A DNA stretch of 64,000 nucleotides from contig DYQK01000001.1 of the NCBI GenBank assembly GCA_020719385.1, positions 5,630 through 69,629 on the forward strand, given 5' to 3'. This DNA comes from Rikenella microfusus. Lineage in GTDB: Bacteria; Bacteroidota; Bacteroidia; Bacteroidales; DYQK01. The notes beneath the pieces are model-generated. The model saw only the letters and a list, made by a program, of their open reading frames with translations. It was not told where the DNA came from and searched no databases. The position numbers were made by a program, and so were the translations under genes. Shown here piece after piece: positions 11,548-21,749 of the stretch; the first letter of the stretch is position 1, and every line of letters starts with the position of its first letter.

Positions 11548-12969
11548 ATGTTAAATATTGAAGAAAAATATATCGATGCGGTAACAGAAAAATTATATCG
11601 TCTCCTTCGCGGCGAAATTCCTCCGATTTTGTCTCTCCCAAATGATTTTCCCGACAACGAAGTGCGACAAATGTATAATTTTTTTGATAAATTTTTGCTT
11701 GAGTATCAAGAATTTTCGAATTTTCTCTTCTCTGTTGCAAGCGGAGAGTTAAATTCACCGCCACCGATGGGAAAAATCAAAGTTATGCAGGCAATAAAAT
11801 CGTTGCAGTCAAATTTGCGGCACTTAACTTGGAAAACTATACAAATTGCAAGCGGCGATTTTAATCAAAAAGTCGATTTTATCGGAGATTTCTCAAAGGC
11901 ATTTAACCAAATGACGACTCAATTAAAAGAAGCGTTTGAGGAAATTCAGTTTAAAAACGAAATGTTACTCCAACAAAAAGAGGAAATTTCTGCGCAGACA
12001 GAAAATTTACGAAGTGCTTACGACAAACTGAAGGAACTTGATGAGTTTAAACAAGGTTTAACTTCGATGATTGTTCACGATTTAAAAAATCCGTTGAATT
12101 TTATTTTGAATATTCCGAATTCTTACTCGCAAGAAAAGAAAATTGAGATGATGCAAAACGCAGGAAGACAAATGTTGAACATGGTTTTGAACATTCTTGA
12201 TGTGCAAAAATTTGAAGAAGCAAAAATTTGTCTCGAAAAAATGAATTATTCCGTCAATGAAATTGTGAAAGAAGCAATTTTTCAAATAGAATTTCTTGCG
12301 AAACAAAAAAATATCGAGATAAAAAACGAAATTTTTGATAATTTTGTTATGAAAATTGACAAAGAATTGATAATTCGCGTTTTTGCGAATCTTTTTACAA
12401 ACGCAATAAAATACACTCATATCGGCGGCTCAATAACTTTGAAGGCACAGGAAACTGCCGACCATAAATTAAAAATTTCAATTTCTGACACAGGTGACGG
12501 AATTCCCGAAGATAAATTGGACAAAGTCTTTGAGAAATTCGAGCAAATTGCGGCAAAGGCTTCAGGTAACATTCGCTCTACGGGCTTGGGACTAACATTT
12601 TGCAAATTGGCGATGGAATCGCACAACGGCAACATTTCGGTGAAAAGCAAATTGAACGAAGGAACAACATTTGTTTTGATTTTCCCCAAAATAGAATTTT
12701 TCGAAAAAGATAAATTTTCAGAAAATCGAGACATTGCAGAATCAGAGAAAAGTATATTTTCTGATTTTTCGGACAAAGAGAGAAATTTGTTAAAACCATA
12801 TTTAACGGAATTGCAAAAATTCGAAGTCTATGAAACTACCGAAATTGAAAATATTTTAGAACACATAGATTTTGAAAATTCTAAAAATATCGAAAAATGG
12901 GAAAATAATATTTCTGAAACTTTATATAATTTGGATTTTCGCAAATATTCAAAATTAACAAATTTTTAA
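11548..12969 (+). CDS. Soluble HAMP-containing sensor histidine kinase (orphan)
   Basis: H-box HDLKNPL, N-box NLFTNAIKY, G1 DTGDGIP, G2 GLGL; HAMP-like IASGDFNQKVDFIGDFSKAFNQM; no TM helix. Confidence 0.9.
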   Translation: MLNIEEKYIDAVTEKLYRLLRGEIPPILSLPNDFPDNEVRQMYNFFDKFLLEYQEFSNFLFSVASGELNSPPPMGKIKVMQAIKSLQSNLRHLTWKTIQIASGDFNQKVDFIGDFSKAFNQMTTQLKEAFEEIQFKNEMLLQQKEEISAQTENLRSAYDKLKELDEFKQGLTSMIVHDLKNPLNFILNIPNSYSQEKKIEMMQNAGRQMLNMVLNILDVQKFEEAKICLEKMNYSVNEIVKEAIFQIEFLAKQKNIEIKNEIFDNFVMKIDKELIIRVFANLFTNAIKYTHIGGSITLKAQETADHKLKISISDTGDGIPEDKLDKVFEKFEQIAAKASGNIRSTGLGLTFCKLAMESHNGNISVKSKLNEGTTFVLIFPKIEFFEKDKFSENRDIAESEKSIFSDFSDKERNLLKPYLTELQKFEVYETTEIENILEHIDFENSKNIEKWENNISETLYNLDFRKYSKLTNF

Positions 12970-12994
12970 TTTTATTCACAAAAATTTTGAAAAA

Positions 12995-14590
12995 ATGATA
13001 AATGTAAATTCTAAAATTACGTCTGTAACGGTTTATAAAAGTAAAGCACAAATTACTCGCACCGCAGAGATTACGTTGCCGCAAGGAAATCATAGTTTGC
13101 TTTTTGACAATTTGCCTGTTGAGATTGAAAATAACAGTTTGCAAGCACAGGGCAAAGGAGACGCCGTTTTGTGCGACATAAAATTGAAAAGCATCTCTTT
13201 TCGCGATTTTCCTGACGCAGAATTGCAAGCATTAAATGTTGAAAAAACAAAACTTCTTGATTCTATTACTGAGGTGAAAAATCAAATTGCTCGTCTCGAA
13301 AATGAAAAGAATTTGGTGAAAAAAATTGAGGAGAAACTCACTCATTCCGACCAAAAAGTTTCAGAAATGGATTTTGACGTTGAGAAATGGAATTCTGTTA
13401 TTGAGTTTTCGTTGAAAAAAATGGAAATTTTCGATTCTGAAATATTTGAAGCACAAAAAAACCTTCGAAATCTTGACTCTTCGCTTTCATTTTTGAATGA
13501 AAAAATTAATTCTTTGGGAAAACCAAAATCGAAAACACAAAATCAAGCAATTATTGAGGTAGAAATGAAAAATGAAGGCAGTTTAATGTTGGAAATTTCG
13601 TATCTTGTACGCAATGCTTCGTGGTTTCCTGTTTACGATTTGCGAGTTAGTACCGAGACAAAGACTTTAACGCTTCATTACAACGCAATGATTCAGCAGC
13701 AAACAGGTGAGTCGTGGGAGAATATTGCGTTGAAATTGTCAACTGCCCCGATTCATATTGGCGGTCAGCCGCCTGAGCTTGCTCCTTGGTATTTGAGTTC
13801 GCAGGTTATCTCGACAAGGTCGGAATCATTTCGCAAAGGCAAACTTTCAGCCATGACAAATCAGATGTTTGTGAAGGAGGAATCGTTAGAAGAGGACGAA
13901 AGTTGCGAGGAGGACAAATGTTTAAGCGATATTGTTGTTCCTAATGCGGAGGTAAAAAGTGGTTCTACGTCAGTTTTGTTCATTATTTCGCAAACTCAAA
14001 CGATATTGAGTCATAATGAGCCTCAAAAAATTTCGATTTTGATAAAAGATTTTCCCATTTCGTTTCGCTATTCGGCTGTTCCGAAGTTGTCGCCGTATGC
14101 GTATTTGAAAATGAAAGTTAAAAATGAGTCAGAATTTCCGCTTTTGGCAGGCGAGACGAATGTTTTTTTAAATTCTCATTTTATTTCTCACTCGAAAATG
14201 AATTTAGTTGCACCTAATGAGGAATTTTGGGCATTTTTGGGCATCGACGAGGGAATAAAAGTTGAGTACAAAGAGATTAAGAAATTTCAGAAGTTGGAAG
14301 GTTTTATTGGAAAAAAACGAAAAGAATTTTTCGAATATTTGATAATTTTGAAAAATCTCAAAAAAACAGAGGAGGAAATTGTTATTTGGGACCAAATTCC
14401 GATTTCGCAGCATCAAGATATTATTGTCGAGTTGCTTGAACCCAAATATAAGGAGGAAACTGCGTTTTTGAAAAAAAATGAACATCAATTTTTGGAATGG
14501 CTCTTCAAAGTAAAACCAAATGACGAGATACGAATTCCTTTTCGCTTTTCAGTAGAATTTCCGCAAGAAATGTACATTTACGGACTTTAA
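12995..14590 (+). CDS. DUF4140/DUF4139 (mucoidy inhibitor MuiA family) protein
   Basis: ITSVTVY..AQITR, ASWFPVYDLR, QQTGESW, DQIPIS. Confidence 0.85.
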   Translation: MINVNSKITSVTVYKSKAQITRTAEITLPQGNHSLLFDNLPVEIENNSLQAQGKGDAVLCDIKLKSISFRDFPDAELQALNVEKTKLLDSITEVKNQIARLENEKNLVKKIEEKLTHSDQKVSEMDFDVEKWNSVIEFSLKKMEIFDSEIFEAQKNLRNLDSSLSFLNEKINSLGKPKSKTQNQAIIEVEMKNEGSLMLEISYLVRNASWFPVYDLRVSTETKTLTLHYNAMIQQQTGESWENIALKLSTAPIHIGGQPPELAPWYLSSQVISTRSESFRKGKLSAMTNQMFVKEESLEEDESCEEDKCLSDIVVPNAEVKSGSTSVLFIISQTQTILSHNEPQKISILIKDFPISFRYSAVPKLSPYAYLKMKVKNESEFPLLAGETNVFLNSHFISHSKMNLVAPNEEFWAFLGIDEGIKVEYKEIKKFQKLEGFIGKKRKEFFEYLIILKNLKKTEEEIVIWDQIPISQHQDIIVELLEPKYKEETAFLKKNEHQFLEWLFKVKPNDEIRIPFRFSVEFPQEMYIYGL

Positions 14591-14598
14591 ATTTCATA

Positions 14599-14639
14599 AA
14601 AAAAATCTCTCAAAATTTAAAACTTTGAGAGATTTTTTT
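14599..14639. terminator. Bidirectional terminator between convergent genes
   Basis: A7-TCTCTCAAA...TTTGAGAGA-T7. Confidence 0.75.
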
Positions 14640-14649
14640 GTGACCAACA

Positions 14650-16212
14650 CTATTTGGCAAAACTAATTGCCCTTGTTTCTCGAATGACCGTTATTTTGAT
14701 TTGTCCAGGGTAAGTCATTTCGTCCTGAATTTTTTTTGCGATGTTAAAAGCAAGTGTTTCTGCTTGTTTGTCTGAAACTTTTTCGCTTCCGACAATAACT
14801 CTCAATTCTCTACCTGCTTGAATGGCAAAGGTTTTCAACACTCCAGGGTACGACAAGGCAACTGCTTCTAAATCTTTTAAACGTTTAATGTACGCTTCGG
14901 CGATTTCGCGTCTTGCTCCCGGTCTTGCTCCCGAGATGCTGTCGCAAACTTGAACGATGGGCGAGAGTACAGTGGTCATTTCTGCTTCGTCGTGATGCGA
15001 ACCAATGGCGTTACAAATTTCGGGTTTTTCTTTGTACTTTTCGGCAAGCCGCATACCTAAAATTGCGTGCGGTAGTTCGGGTTCGTCGTCGGGAACTTTC
15101 CCGATGTCGTGTAAAAGTCCTGCGCGTTTTGCCATTTTTACGTTTAAACCCAATTCTGCAGCCATTATGGCACACAGATTGGCTGTTTCGCGGGAATGTT
15201 GCAATAAATTTTGTCCATACGAGGAACGATATTTCATTTTTCCAATGATTCGGATTAATTCGGGATGTAAACCGTGAATTCCGAGGTCGATGGCAGTGCG
15301 TTTGCCTACTTCGACTATTTCGTCTTCGATTTGTTTTTTCGTTTTATTGACAATTTCCTCGATTCTTGCAGGATGAATTCTGCCGTCAGTGACTAACTGA
15401 TGAAGCGAGAGTCTTGCGATTTCGCGTCTTACAGGGTCAAAACCTGAAAGAACAATTGCCTCTGGCGTGTCGTCAACAACAATTTCTACTCCTGTTGCGG
15501 CTTCGAGAGCGCGAATATTGCGTCCTTCTCGTCCAATGATTCGTCCTTTGATTTCGTCATTGTCGATGGGAAAAACGGTAACAGAATTTTCAACAGCCAC
15601 TTCACTTCCGATTCGTTGAATAGTTTGAATCACAATTCGCTTTGCTTCTTTGCTTGCAGCCATTTTTGCTTCCTCTAAAATTTCGTTGAGATAAGCAGAA
15701 ACTTCGTTTTTTGCATCATTTTTCAACATTTCAACGAGTTGATTTTTTGCGTCTGCGGCAGTTAGTCCTGCGATAAATTCAAGTTTTTCGATTTGTTGTT
15801 TTTGCAATTTATCGAGTTCTTCGTTTCGTTTTGCAACATTTTCTGATTCAGTCTCGAGCGTGGCTTGTTGCGTGTCGAGTTCTTTTTTCTTGGTTTCGAG
15901 TTCTTTTTGTTTTTTTTGTAATTCCTCTTTGCGTTGGTTTAGTGAGGCTTCGCGTTGTTTTGCTTTGTTCTCGGCGGCAAGTAATTTGCTATTTTTTTCA
16001 TTGGTAGCCTTGTCGTATTCGGTCTTGAGTTGTAAAAATTTCTCTTTTGCTTGCAAAATTTTCTCTTTTTTAATGACCTCGGCTTCATTCTCGGCTTCCT
16101 TAATTATCTCTTCGCTTCGTTTTGAAAAAATTTTTATTTTCCAATAATAAGCGATGTAAGCTCCTGCGGCAAAGGACAACAGCCCCACACTTATGATGAT
16201 AAGCACCTCCAT
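14650..16212 (-). CDS. rny: Ribonuclease Y
   Basis: N-terminal TM, coiled coil, KH domain ([13 protein letters not shown]), HD domain (LLHDIGK); start moved to MEVLII at 16212. Confidence 0.97.
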   Translation of the reverse strand: MEVLIIISVGLLSFAAGAYIAYYWKIKIFSKRSEEIIKEAENEAEVIKKEKILQAKEKFLQLKTEYDKATNEKNSKLLAAENKAKQREASLNQRKEELQKKQKELETKKKELDTQQATLETESENVAKRNEELDKLQKQQIEKLEFIAGLTAADAKNQLVEMLKNDAKNEVSAYLNEILEEAKMAASKEAKRIVIQTIQRIGSEVAVENSVTVFPIDNDEIKGRIIGREGRNIRALEAATGVEIVVDDTPEAIVLSGFDPVRREIARLSLHQLVTDGRIHPARIEEIVNKTKKQIEDEIVEVGKRTAIDLGIHGLHPELIRIIGKMKYRSSYGQNLLQHSRETANLCAIMAAELGLNVKMAKRAGLLHDIGKVPDDEPELPHAILGMRLAEKYKEKPEICNAIGSHHDEAEMTTVLSPIVQVCDSISGARPGARREIAEAYIKRLKDLEAVALSYPGVLKTFAIQAGRELRVIVGSEKVSDKQAETLAFNIAKKIQDEMTYPGQIKITVIRETRAISFAK

Positions 16213-16249
16213 TTTTTGTTCGTTGTTAAGAAAAGTTAAAAAGTTTAAC

Positions 16250-16323
16250 AAAAAACCCACATAAATTTCTTTTTTTTTCGACTAACTCTCAAAATTTCGA
16301 TTCAAAAATGCGGGCAATTTTTG
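16250..16323 (-). ncRNA. Candidate short structured RNA or leader, 6S-like closing stem
   Basis: Minus-strand GCCCGCAT can pair with ATGTGGGT, followed by a U-run; lies directly upstream of rny. Confidence 0.3.
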
Positions 16324-16580
16324 TTATATATGTTGATTTTTCCCATTTACAAATTTTATTTTTTAAAAATATAAATGGTTTAATAAAAAAAATATTTATA
16401 AACATTTCATTTTCAATGAGTTACATAAATTTTAACGTTCAAAAATACCTTTTTAGACAGGTTACAAAATTATAAATTTTTTTTAATATACAAAAAATAT
16501 TTTTAATATTTGCGAAAAATTTTGATTTTTCCATAAAATTTTGTATTTTTGTGCGTTTAAAATTTCTAAACTTTAACTTT

Positions 16581-17255
16581 ATGATTTTCGATTTTTTCAA
16601 AAAAGAAAGCAAAGAAGTTGCTGACAAAAGTTTGCAAGAACGAATCGACCTTTCGTTGCAAAAAGCACTTCAAGATAAACGCACCGCCGAGCAAGACATC
16701 AAAAAACTCCGCGACTGGGCGCAAGACGCCATTATTGATGTGTATAGCGAATTTTTTCCAAACGCACATTTAACGTTTTATCGTGTAAAATACAAAGAAA
16801 CGGCACTCGAATCTTTTGACGAGATTAAACAGAAATATGCTTCGAAACTGTCAGAAGAAACGGTTTTGAAATGCGATAACATTGTTGACGGATATAAAAA
16901 TCAAATTGCTTTGCGACAATCGAAATTGGAATTGTACGACAAACTTATCGCCGAGTATTCCGAAATGAAGAAAAAAATGAGCGGCGGAGCAGGAAGCTCT
17001 GTCGGAAAGATGGACAAATTGTCTCAACACACGCAGAGACTTCGCGATATGGAAACCAACACTTCAGATTTGGCAAACACAATGACGGAATCTTACAAAC
17101 TCGAAAATTTGCAAAAAGAAGTTGAACTCAAGGAGGAATATCTCAAGCAACTCGAACTTTTGTCCAACAAGTATGGCGATGAAACAAGTTTCAAAAATTC
17201 TCTTGCCTACAAAGAAGAAGTTGACAAAATGATTTCTGATTTAGACAAAAAATAA
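16581..17255 (+). CDS. Hypothetical coiled-coil protein
   Basis: Long K/E-rich helical ORF; ATG at 16581 lies downstream of a promoter box at 16544. Confidence 0.8.
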   Translation: MIFDFFKKESKEVADKSLQERIDLSLQKALQDKRTAEQDIKKLRDWAQDAIIDVYSEFFPNAHLTFYRVKYKETALESFDEIKQKYASKLSEETVLKCDNIVDGYKNQIALRQSKLELYDKLIAEYSEMKKKMSGGAGSSVGKMDKLSQHTQRLRDMETNTSDLANTMTESYKLENLQKEVELKEEYLKQLELLSNKYGDETSFKNSLAYKEEVDKMISDLDKK

Positions 17256-17489
17256 ATGTCTGTTTCTTTGTTGTGCATTGGTCTCAAAATGATAAGAATT
17301 TTACAAATGTCTGTTTCTTCGAAAAAACTTCTCATCGAAATAATGCGAATTATCCCTGCGGCAATTCTTGGGTATTTTCTCTCTAAACTCTTGAAACTCA
17401 CAGGGATAAGTCGTGTGATATTTTATTTTGCCGTTTATCTTGCGGTTGGGATACTTATTGAATTGATACGAAAAATGTTTAAAAAATAA
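17256..17489 (+). CDS. Small membrane protein (2 TM); start uncertain (17256, 17307 or 17343)
   Basis: Two hydrophobic stretches; fills the gap between two co-oriented genes. Confidence 0.55.
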   Translation: MSVSLLCIGLKMIRILQMSVSSKKLLIEIMRIIPAAILGYFLSKLLKLTGISRVIFYFAVYLAVGILIELIRKMFKK

Positions 17490-17495
17490 AATTTT

Positions 17496-17903
17496 ATGGA
17501 AATTTTTGACCTCAACGAACTTCCGAATGTTGTCTCGCGATTTATAAATTCGCTTAAAAATAAACGGATTTTCGCTTTTTATGGAAAAATGGGTGCAGGA
17601 AAAACTACGTTTATCAAGCAATTATGTCTCGAATTGGGCGTTAAAGATATGGTTACAAGTCCGACTTTTGCGATAATAAACGAATATTCTACCTTTTCGA
17701 AACTAAAAATTTTTCATATTGACTGCTACCGTCTCAATTCTATCAACGAGGCACTCAATTTAGGAATTGAGGACTATATATATAGTGAGAATTTTTGCTT
17801 TATTGAGTGGGCAGAAATGATTGAAAATTTATTGCCCGCAGAAACGGTTTTTGTGCAAATTTCAGAAACTGAAACAGGAAAACGAAAAATTTTATGGAAA
17901 TAA
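17496..17903 (+). CDS. tsaE: tRNA t6A biosynthesis ATPase TsaE
   Basis: GKMGAGKTT, VTSPTF, HIDCYRL, IEWAE. Confidence 0.96.
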   Translation: MEIFDLNELPNVVSRFINSLKNKRIFAFYGKMGAGKTTFIKQLCLELGVKDMVTSPTFAIINEYSTFSKLKIFHIDCYRLNSINEALNLGIEDYIYSENFCFIEWAEMIENLLPAETVFVQISETETGKRKILWK

Positions 17904-19102
17904 CGAAAAAAATATTATCTGTGCGATTTGGTTTAGAAACGCAAGCGGAAATGGTTGAGATTTCTCATTCACACAAAATTTTGCGAATCGGAGTTCCAAA
18001 AGAAATTGAAAAAGGTGAATATTGCGTTCCGCTTACTCCTCAGGCTGTTCAGCAGCTTTGTCTGCAAGGAAATCAGGTTTTTCTCGAAGCAGGTGCGGGA
18101 AAAAGTGCAAATTATGACGATATTGAGTATATCGAGGCAGGTGCAAAAATTTCTTCGAAAAAAGAATGTTTCGAAGCAGAAATAATTTTAAAAATTGCTC
18201 CGCCATTTTGTGAGGAGATTTCACTTTTTAACGAAAAACAAATTTTAATTTCAAATTTACATATCAATTCGCAAACGGAATTGTCAATAAAAAAATTAAT
18301 ACAAAAAAAAATTACTGCCATTGGTTTTGAGTATATCAAAGATGAGAGAAATTTTTTTCCTGTAATGTTTTCTCTCAACGAAATTGCAGGTTACACGGCA
18401 ATTATGGTTGCTGCGGAATATTTGTCGAATGTTCACAACGGCAAAGGTGTCGTTTTGGGAGGAATAACGGGAATTTCTCCTTGCGAAATTGTGATATTAG
18501 GTGCAGATACGGCAGGCGAATTTGCGGCGAGAGCGGCTTTCGGATTAGGTGCAACGGTAAAAATCTTTGATAATTCAATTTTTAAACTCAAAAATATTCA
18601 GAATCGATTGGGGCAATCTGTTTTTACCTCTATTTTGCAATATTCGGTTTTGAGCAAAGCGTTAAAATCGGCAGATGTGGTTATTGGTGCGTTTGAAACT
18701 TCCGAAAATATTGCGGATTTTCGTATTTCTGTCGAAATGATAAAAACGATGAAACGCAATTCCTTGATTATTGACTTGAATAGCAGCGGCAATTCTTGCT
18801 TCGAAACTTCAGAGTTGACTAATTTGATTTCACCCACATTTCAGAAATACGGAGTAATTCATTATTGCGTTCCCAATATTACGTCTCGCGTGGCGCGGAC
18901 GGCCAGCATTGCGTTGAGTAATGTTTTAGTTCCGCTGTTGATTTCTTTGGGAAAAGCAGGAAATATTACTTCGCTTTTGAAGGAAAATTTGAGTATTCGC
19001 AACGGCACATATTTATTTAACGGCATTTTAACAAATTCGACTCTTGCCCAAAAATTCAATTTGCCTTCGAGAAATATTGACTTTTTGATGGCTGCTTTTT
19101 AA
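17894..19102 (+). CDS. ald: Alanine dehydrogenase (Bacteroidota long form)
   Basis: IGVPKE, EIAG, HYCVPNI, RTASIALSN; overlaps tsaE. Confidence 0.85.
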   Translation: MEITKKILSVRFGLETQAEMVEISHSHKILRIGVPKEIEKGEYCVPLTPQAVQQLCLQGNQVFLEAGAGKSANYDDIEYIEAGAKISSKKECFEAEIILKIAPPFCEEISLFNEKQILISNLHINSQTELSIKKLIQKKITAIGFEYIKDERNFFPVMFSLNEIAGYTAIMVAAEYLSNVHNGKGVVLGGITGISPCEIVILGADTAGEFAARAAFGLGATVKIFDNSIFKLKNIQNRLGQSVFTSILQYSVLSKALKSADVVIGAFETSENIADFRISVEMIKTMKRNSLIIDLNSSGNSCFETSELTNLISPTFQKYGVIHYCVPNITSRVARTASIALSNVLVPLLISLGKAGNITSLLKENLSIRNGTYLFNGILTNSTLAQKFNLPSRNIDFLMAAF

Positions 19103-19146
19103 AAAAATTTTATTATTTTTGTGCAAAAATTAAACTTCAGAAAACT

Positions 19147-19788
19147 ATGTTTGAGTTAGCAACTTTCGACAAACTTTTGAAAAATCGTTCATTTTTGTTT
19201 GTCAATAAACAATTTATTTTTTGGGATGTCAACGAGAGGAATTATGTTACCGTTGATATTGAGGAGTCTTATTCCGCTCAGGATTATGATAAATTGCCCG
19301 AAAATGCACCGTTTCAACTTATCAATTCAAAACTTTTTTTTATGCCTTCACCGACAATTTTACATCAAGACATTTTGCTTTTTTTAGCGTCAGAAATGCG
19401 ATATTTTGTTTCTTCTCAAAAATTAGGAAAAGTTTTTGTTGCTCCGTTAGATGTTTATTTGGACAATAAAAATGTTTTTCAGCCTGACATTTTTTTCATT
19501 TCGACAAATAATCAACAAATAATTCAGAAAAAAATTGTTGGTTCTCCCGATTTGGTTGTAGAAATTCTTTCTCCTGCCACAGAAATAAAAGATTTAAACG
19601 AGAAAATGGAAATTTACGGTTTAAAAAATGTGCAAGAATATTGGGTTATTTTTCCTGATAAAAAAATGGTTTCGCAATATGAAAATCAAAATCAAAAAAT
19701 GGTTTTGACAAATAAATTTTTCGAAACAGGAATTTTAAACTCAAAAACGATTCAAAATTTTGTTTTTGATATTTCAAAATTATGGTAA
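19147..19788 (+). CDS. Uma2-family PD-(D/E)xK endonuclease
   Basis: PSPTILHQ, APLDV, QPDI, PDLVVEILSP, EYWV. Confidence 0.9.
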   Translation: MFELATFDKLLKNRSFLFVNKQFIFWDVNERNYVTVDIEESYSAQDYDKLPENAPFQLINSKLFFMPSPTILHQDILLFLASEMRYFVSSQKLGKVFVAPLDVYLDNKNVFQPDIFFISTNNQQIIQKKIVGSPDLVVEILSPATEIKDLNEKMEIYGLKNVQEYWVIFPDKKMVSQYENQNQKMVLTNKFFETGILNSKTIQNFVFDISKLW

Positions 19789-19821
19789 AATTTTATATAA
19801 AAACTTCATTATCAAATTGTT

Positions 19822-21600
19822 ATGGGAAAAACCTTTGTTGAAAAAATTTTAAATGCTTCTGTTGGTGCGATAGTTTTCGCAAAACCTGATATTGTTCTCA
19901 CGCACGATAATACGGCAAGTATTTATCAAACTTTTCAAAAAATGGGTGGAAAAAAAGTTTTCGACCCCAATCAATTATTAGTCGTTCTCGACCATAATGC
20001 ACCTCCAACGGATTCGAAACTTGCAAACGATTATCAGCAAATTCGCAATGTTGTCAAGGAGCAGGGAATAAAAAAGTTTCACGATGCAGGCAGAGGAATT
20101 TGTCATCAAATTATGTCGCAATATGCTCGTCCCAAAATGTTAGTCGTTGGCAGCGACAGTCATACTTGCACCGCGGGTGCGTTTAACGCTCTCGCCGCGG
20201 GTATTGACCGCACCGAGGCGGCAGGTTTGTGGAAGAAAGGCGAAACTTGGTTTCGCGTTCCAGAATCTATAAAAATCACACTTTCGGGGAAATTGCCAAA
20301 AGGCGTTTACGCAAAAGATATTTCGTTGTGGATTATCGGAATGATTGGTGCAGACGGAGCAAATTATATGTCTATAGAATTTCACGGCGAGGGAGTAAAA
20401 ACGCTTTCGCTTTCTGAACGAATGACTCTTGCGAATCTTGCTTCTGAGATGGGTGCCAAAAACGCAGTTTTTCCTTCTGACGAGGTTTTAGAAAACTTTT
20501 TAGGTGAAAAAATTGCAGGAATTTGGGCAGATTCTGACGCAAATTATTTCAAAGAAATAGAAATTGACTTGTCAAAATTAATGCCGTTGGTTGCTTGTCC
20601 GCATCAGGTTGAGAATGTTAAGTCTGTCTCGGAGGTGAAGGATGTTGTTGTGAATCAAGGAGTTATCGGCACTTGCACAAACGGCAGATTAGACGATTTG
20701 AGAATCGCAGCAAATATTTTAGACGGGAAAAAAATTGTTGATGGTTTTCAATTATTGGTAATTCCTGCTTCGCAAGAGATTTTTTTGCAGGCAATAAAAG
20801 AAGGCATTATTGAGAAAATTATTCTTGCAGGCGGAACGGTTTTGTCTGCTTCTTGCGGTCCGTGTTTGGGAACGGGGCAAGGAATTCCTGCGGATGGCGT
20901 GAATGTTATCTCAACGGCGAATCGAAACTTTTTGGGCAGAATGGGAAATCCGAAGTCGAATGTATATTTGGCATCGCCTGCGTGCGTGGCTTTTTCAGCA
21001 TTGAGTGGAAAAATCTCTGATCCGAGAGGTGAAAATTTTGATGACAAATTTCCATATCAAATTCCACAAACTTCAACAATTTCAATTCCTAAGAACGAAA
21101 ACAGACGTTCAAAAGATGGAATTTGGAATTATTCTGACGCAGATAATCTCAATACTGACCAGATGTTTGCGGGAAATCTCACTTATAGCGTTAAAAGTTC
21201 TGACGCAGCAGCGATTTTACCTCATTTGTTCAAAGGTTTTGATGAAAGTTTCGCAGAAAATGTTAAACCCAATGATATAATTATTGCGGGAGATAATTTT
21301 GGTTGTGGAAGTTCTCGCGAGCATCCTGCTGTCGGACTTGCGTTTGCAGGTGTGAAAGCGGTAATTGTTAAGTCTGTGAACAGAATTTTTTATCGTTCTT
21401 GCATAAATCAAGGACTTTTATTAATTGTTAACCGCGAAGTTGTTGAGAATTATCGCAACGGAGATACTTTCGAAATTGATTTTGAAAATGGTTTTGTGAA
21501 ATTAAACGAGAAAAAGTTTAATCTTGCTCCGTTACCTGAAAAATTAATGAAAGTTATTGAGAAAAAAGGACTTGTTAATTTTATGTTGAGTATTAATTAA
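19822..21600 (+). CDS. Fused large and small subunit aconitase-family hydro-lyase (LeuC-LeuD / homoaconitase-like)
   Basis: DH, GICH, GSDSHT, CTNG, CGPC and NRNF motifs, then a swivel domain with NTD and NFGCGSSRE. Confidence 0.9.
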   Translation: MGKTFVEKILNASVGAIVFAKPDIVLTHDNTASIYQTFQKMGGKKVFDPNQLLVVLDHNAPPTDSKLANDYQQIRNVVKEQGIKKFHDAGRGICHQIMSQYARPKMLVVGSDSHTCTAGAFNALAAGIDRTEAAGLWKKGETWFRVPESIKITLSGKLPKGVYAKDISLWIIGMIGADGANYMSIEFHGEGVKTLSLSERMTLANLASEMGAKNAVFPSDEVLENFLGEKIAGIWADSDANYFKEIEIDLSKLMPLVACPHQVENVKSVSEVKDVVVNQGVIGTCTNGRLDDLRIAANILDGKKIVDGFQLLVIPASQEIFLQAIKEGIIEKIILAGGTVLSASCGPCLGTGQGIPADGVNVISTANRNFLGRMGNPKSNVYLASPACVAFSALSGKISDPRGENFDDKFPYQIPQTSTISIPKNENRRSKDGIWNYSDADNLNTDQMFAGNLTYSVKSSDAAAILPHLFKGFDESFAENVKPNDIIIAGDNFGCGSSREHPAVGLAFAGVKAVIVKSVNRIFYRSCINQGLLLIVNREVVENYRNGDTFEIDFENGFVKLNEKKFNLAPLPEKLMKVIEKKGLVNFMLSIN

Positions 21601-21620
21601 TATTAAATTTCACTATTTTG

Positions 21621-21652
21621 TAAAGTTTTCATCGTAAAAGGTGAAAACTTTA
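21621..21652 (+). terminator. Hairpin after the leuCD-like gene (palindrome family 2)
   Basis: TAAAGTTTTCATC-GTAAAA-GGTGAAAACTTTA followed by a T-run. Confidence 0.65.
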
Positions 21653-21749
21653 TTTTTGTTGACAAATAAAATAAAAAAAAAGTTTACAAATTGATAAAAT
21701 AATTTTTTATCTTTGCAAAAATTTTAGTTTTCTTTGTATAAATATTTTT

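Noticed and set aside
17270..17307. GTTGTG...TTACAAA segment reminiscent of a Bacteroidota CRISPR repeat
   Set aside because: Single copy, no spacers, no cas genes in the window
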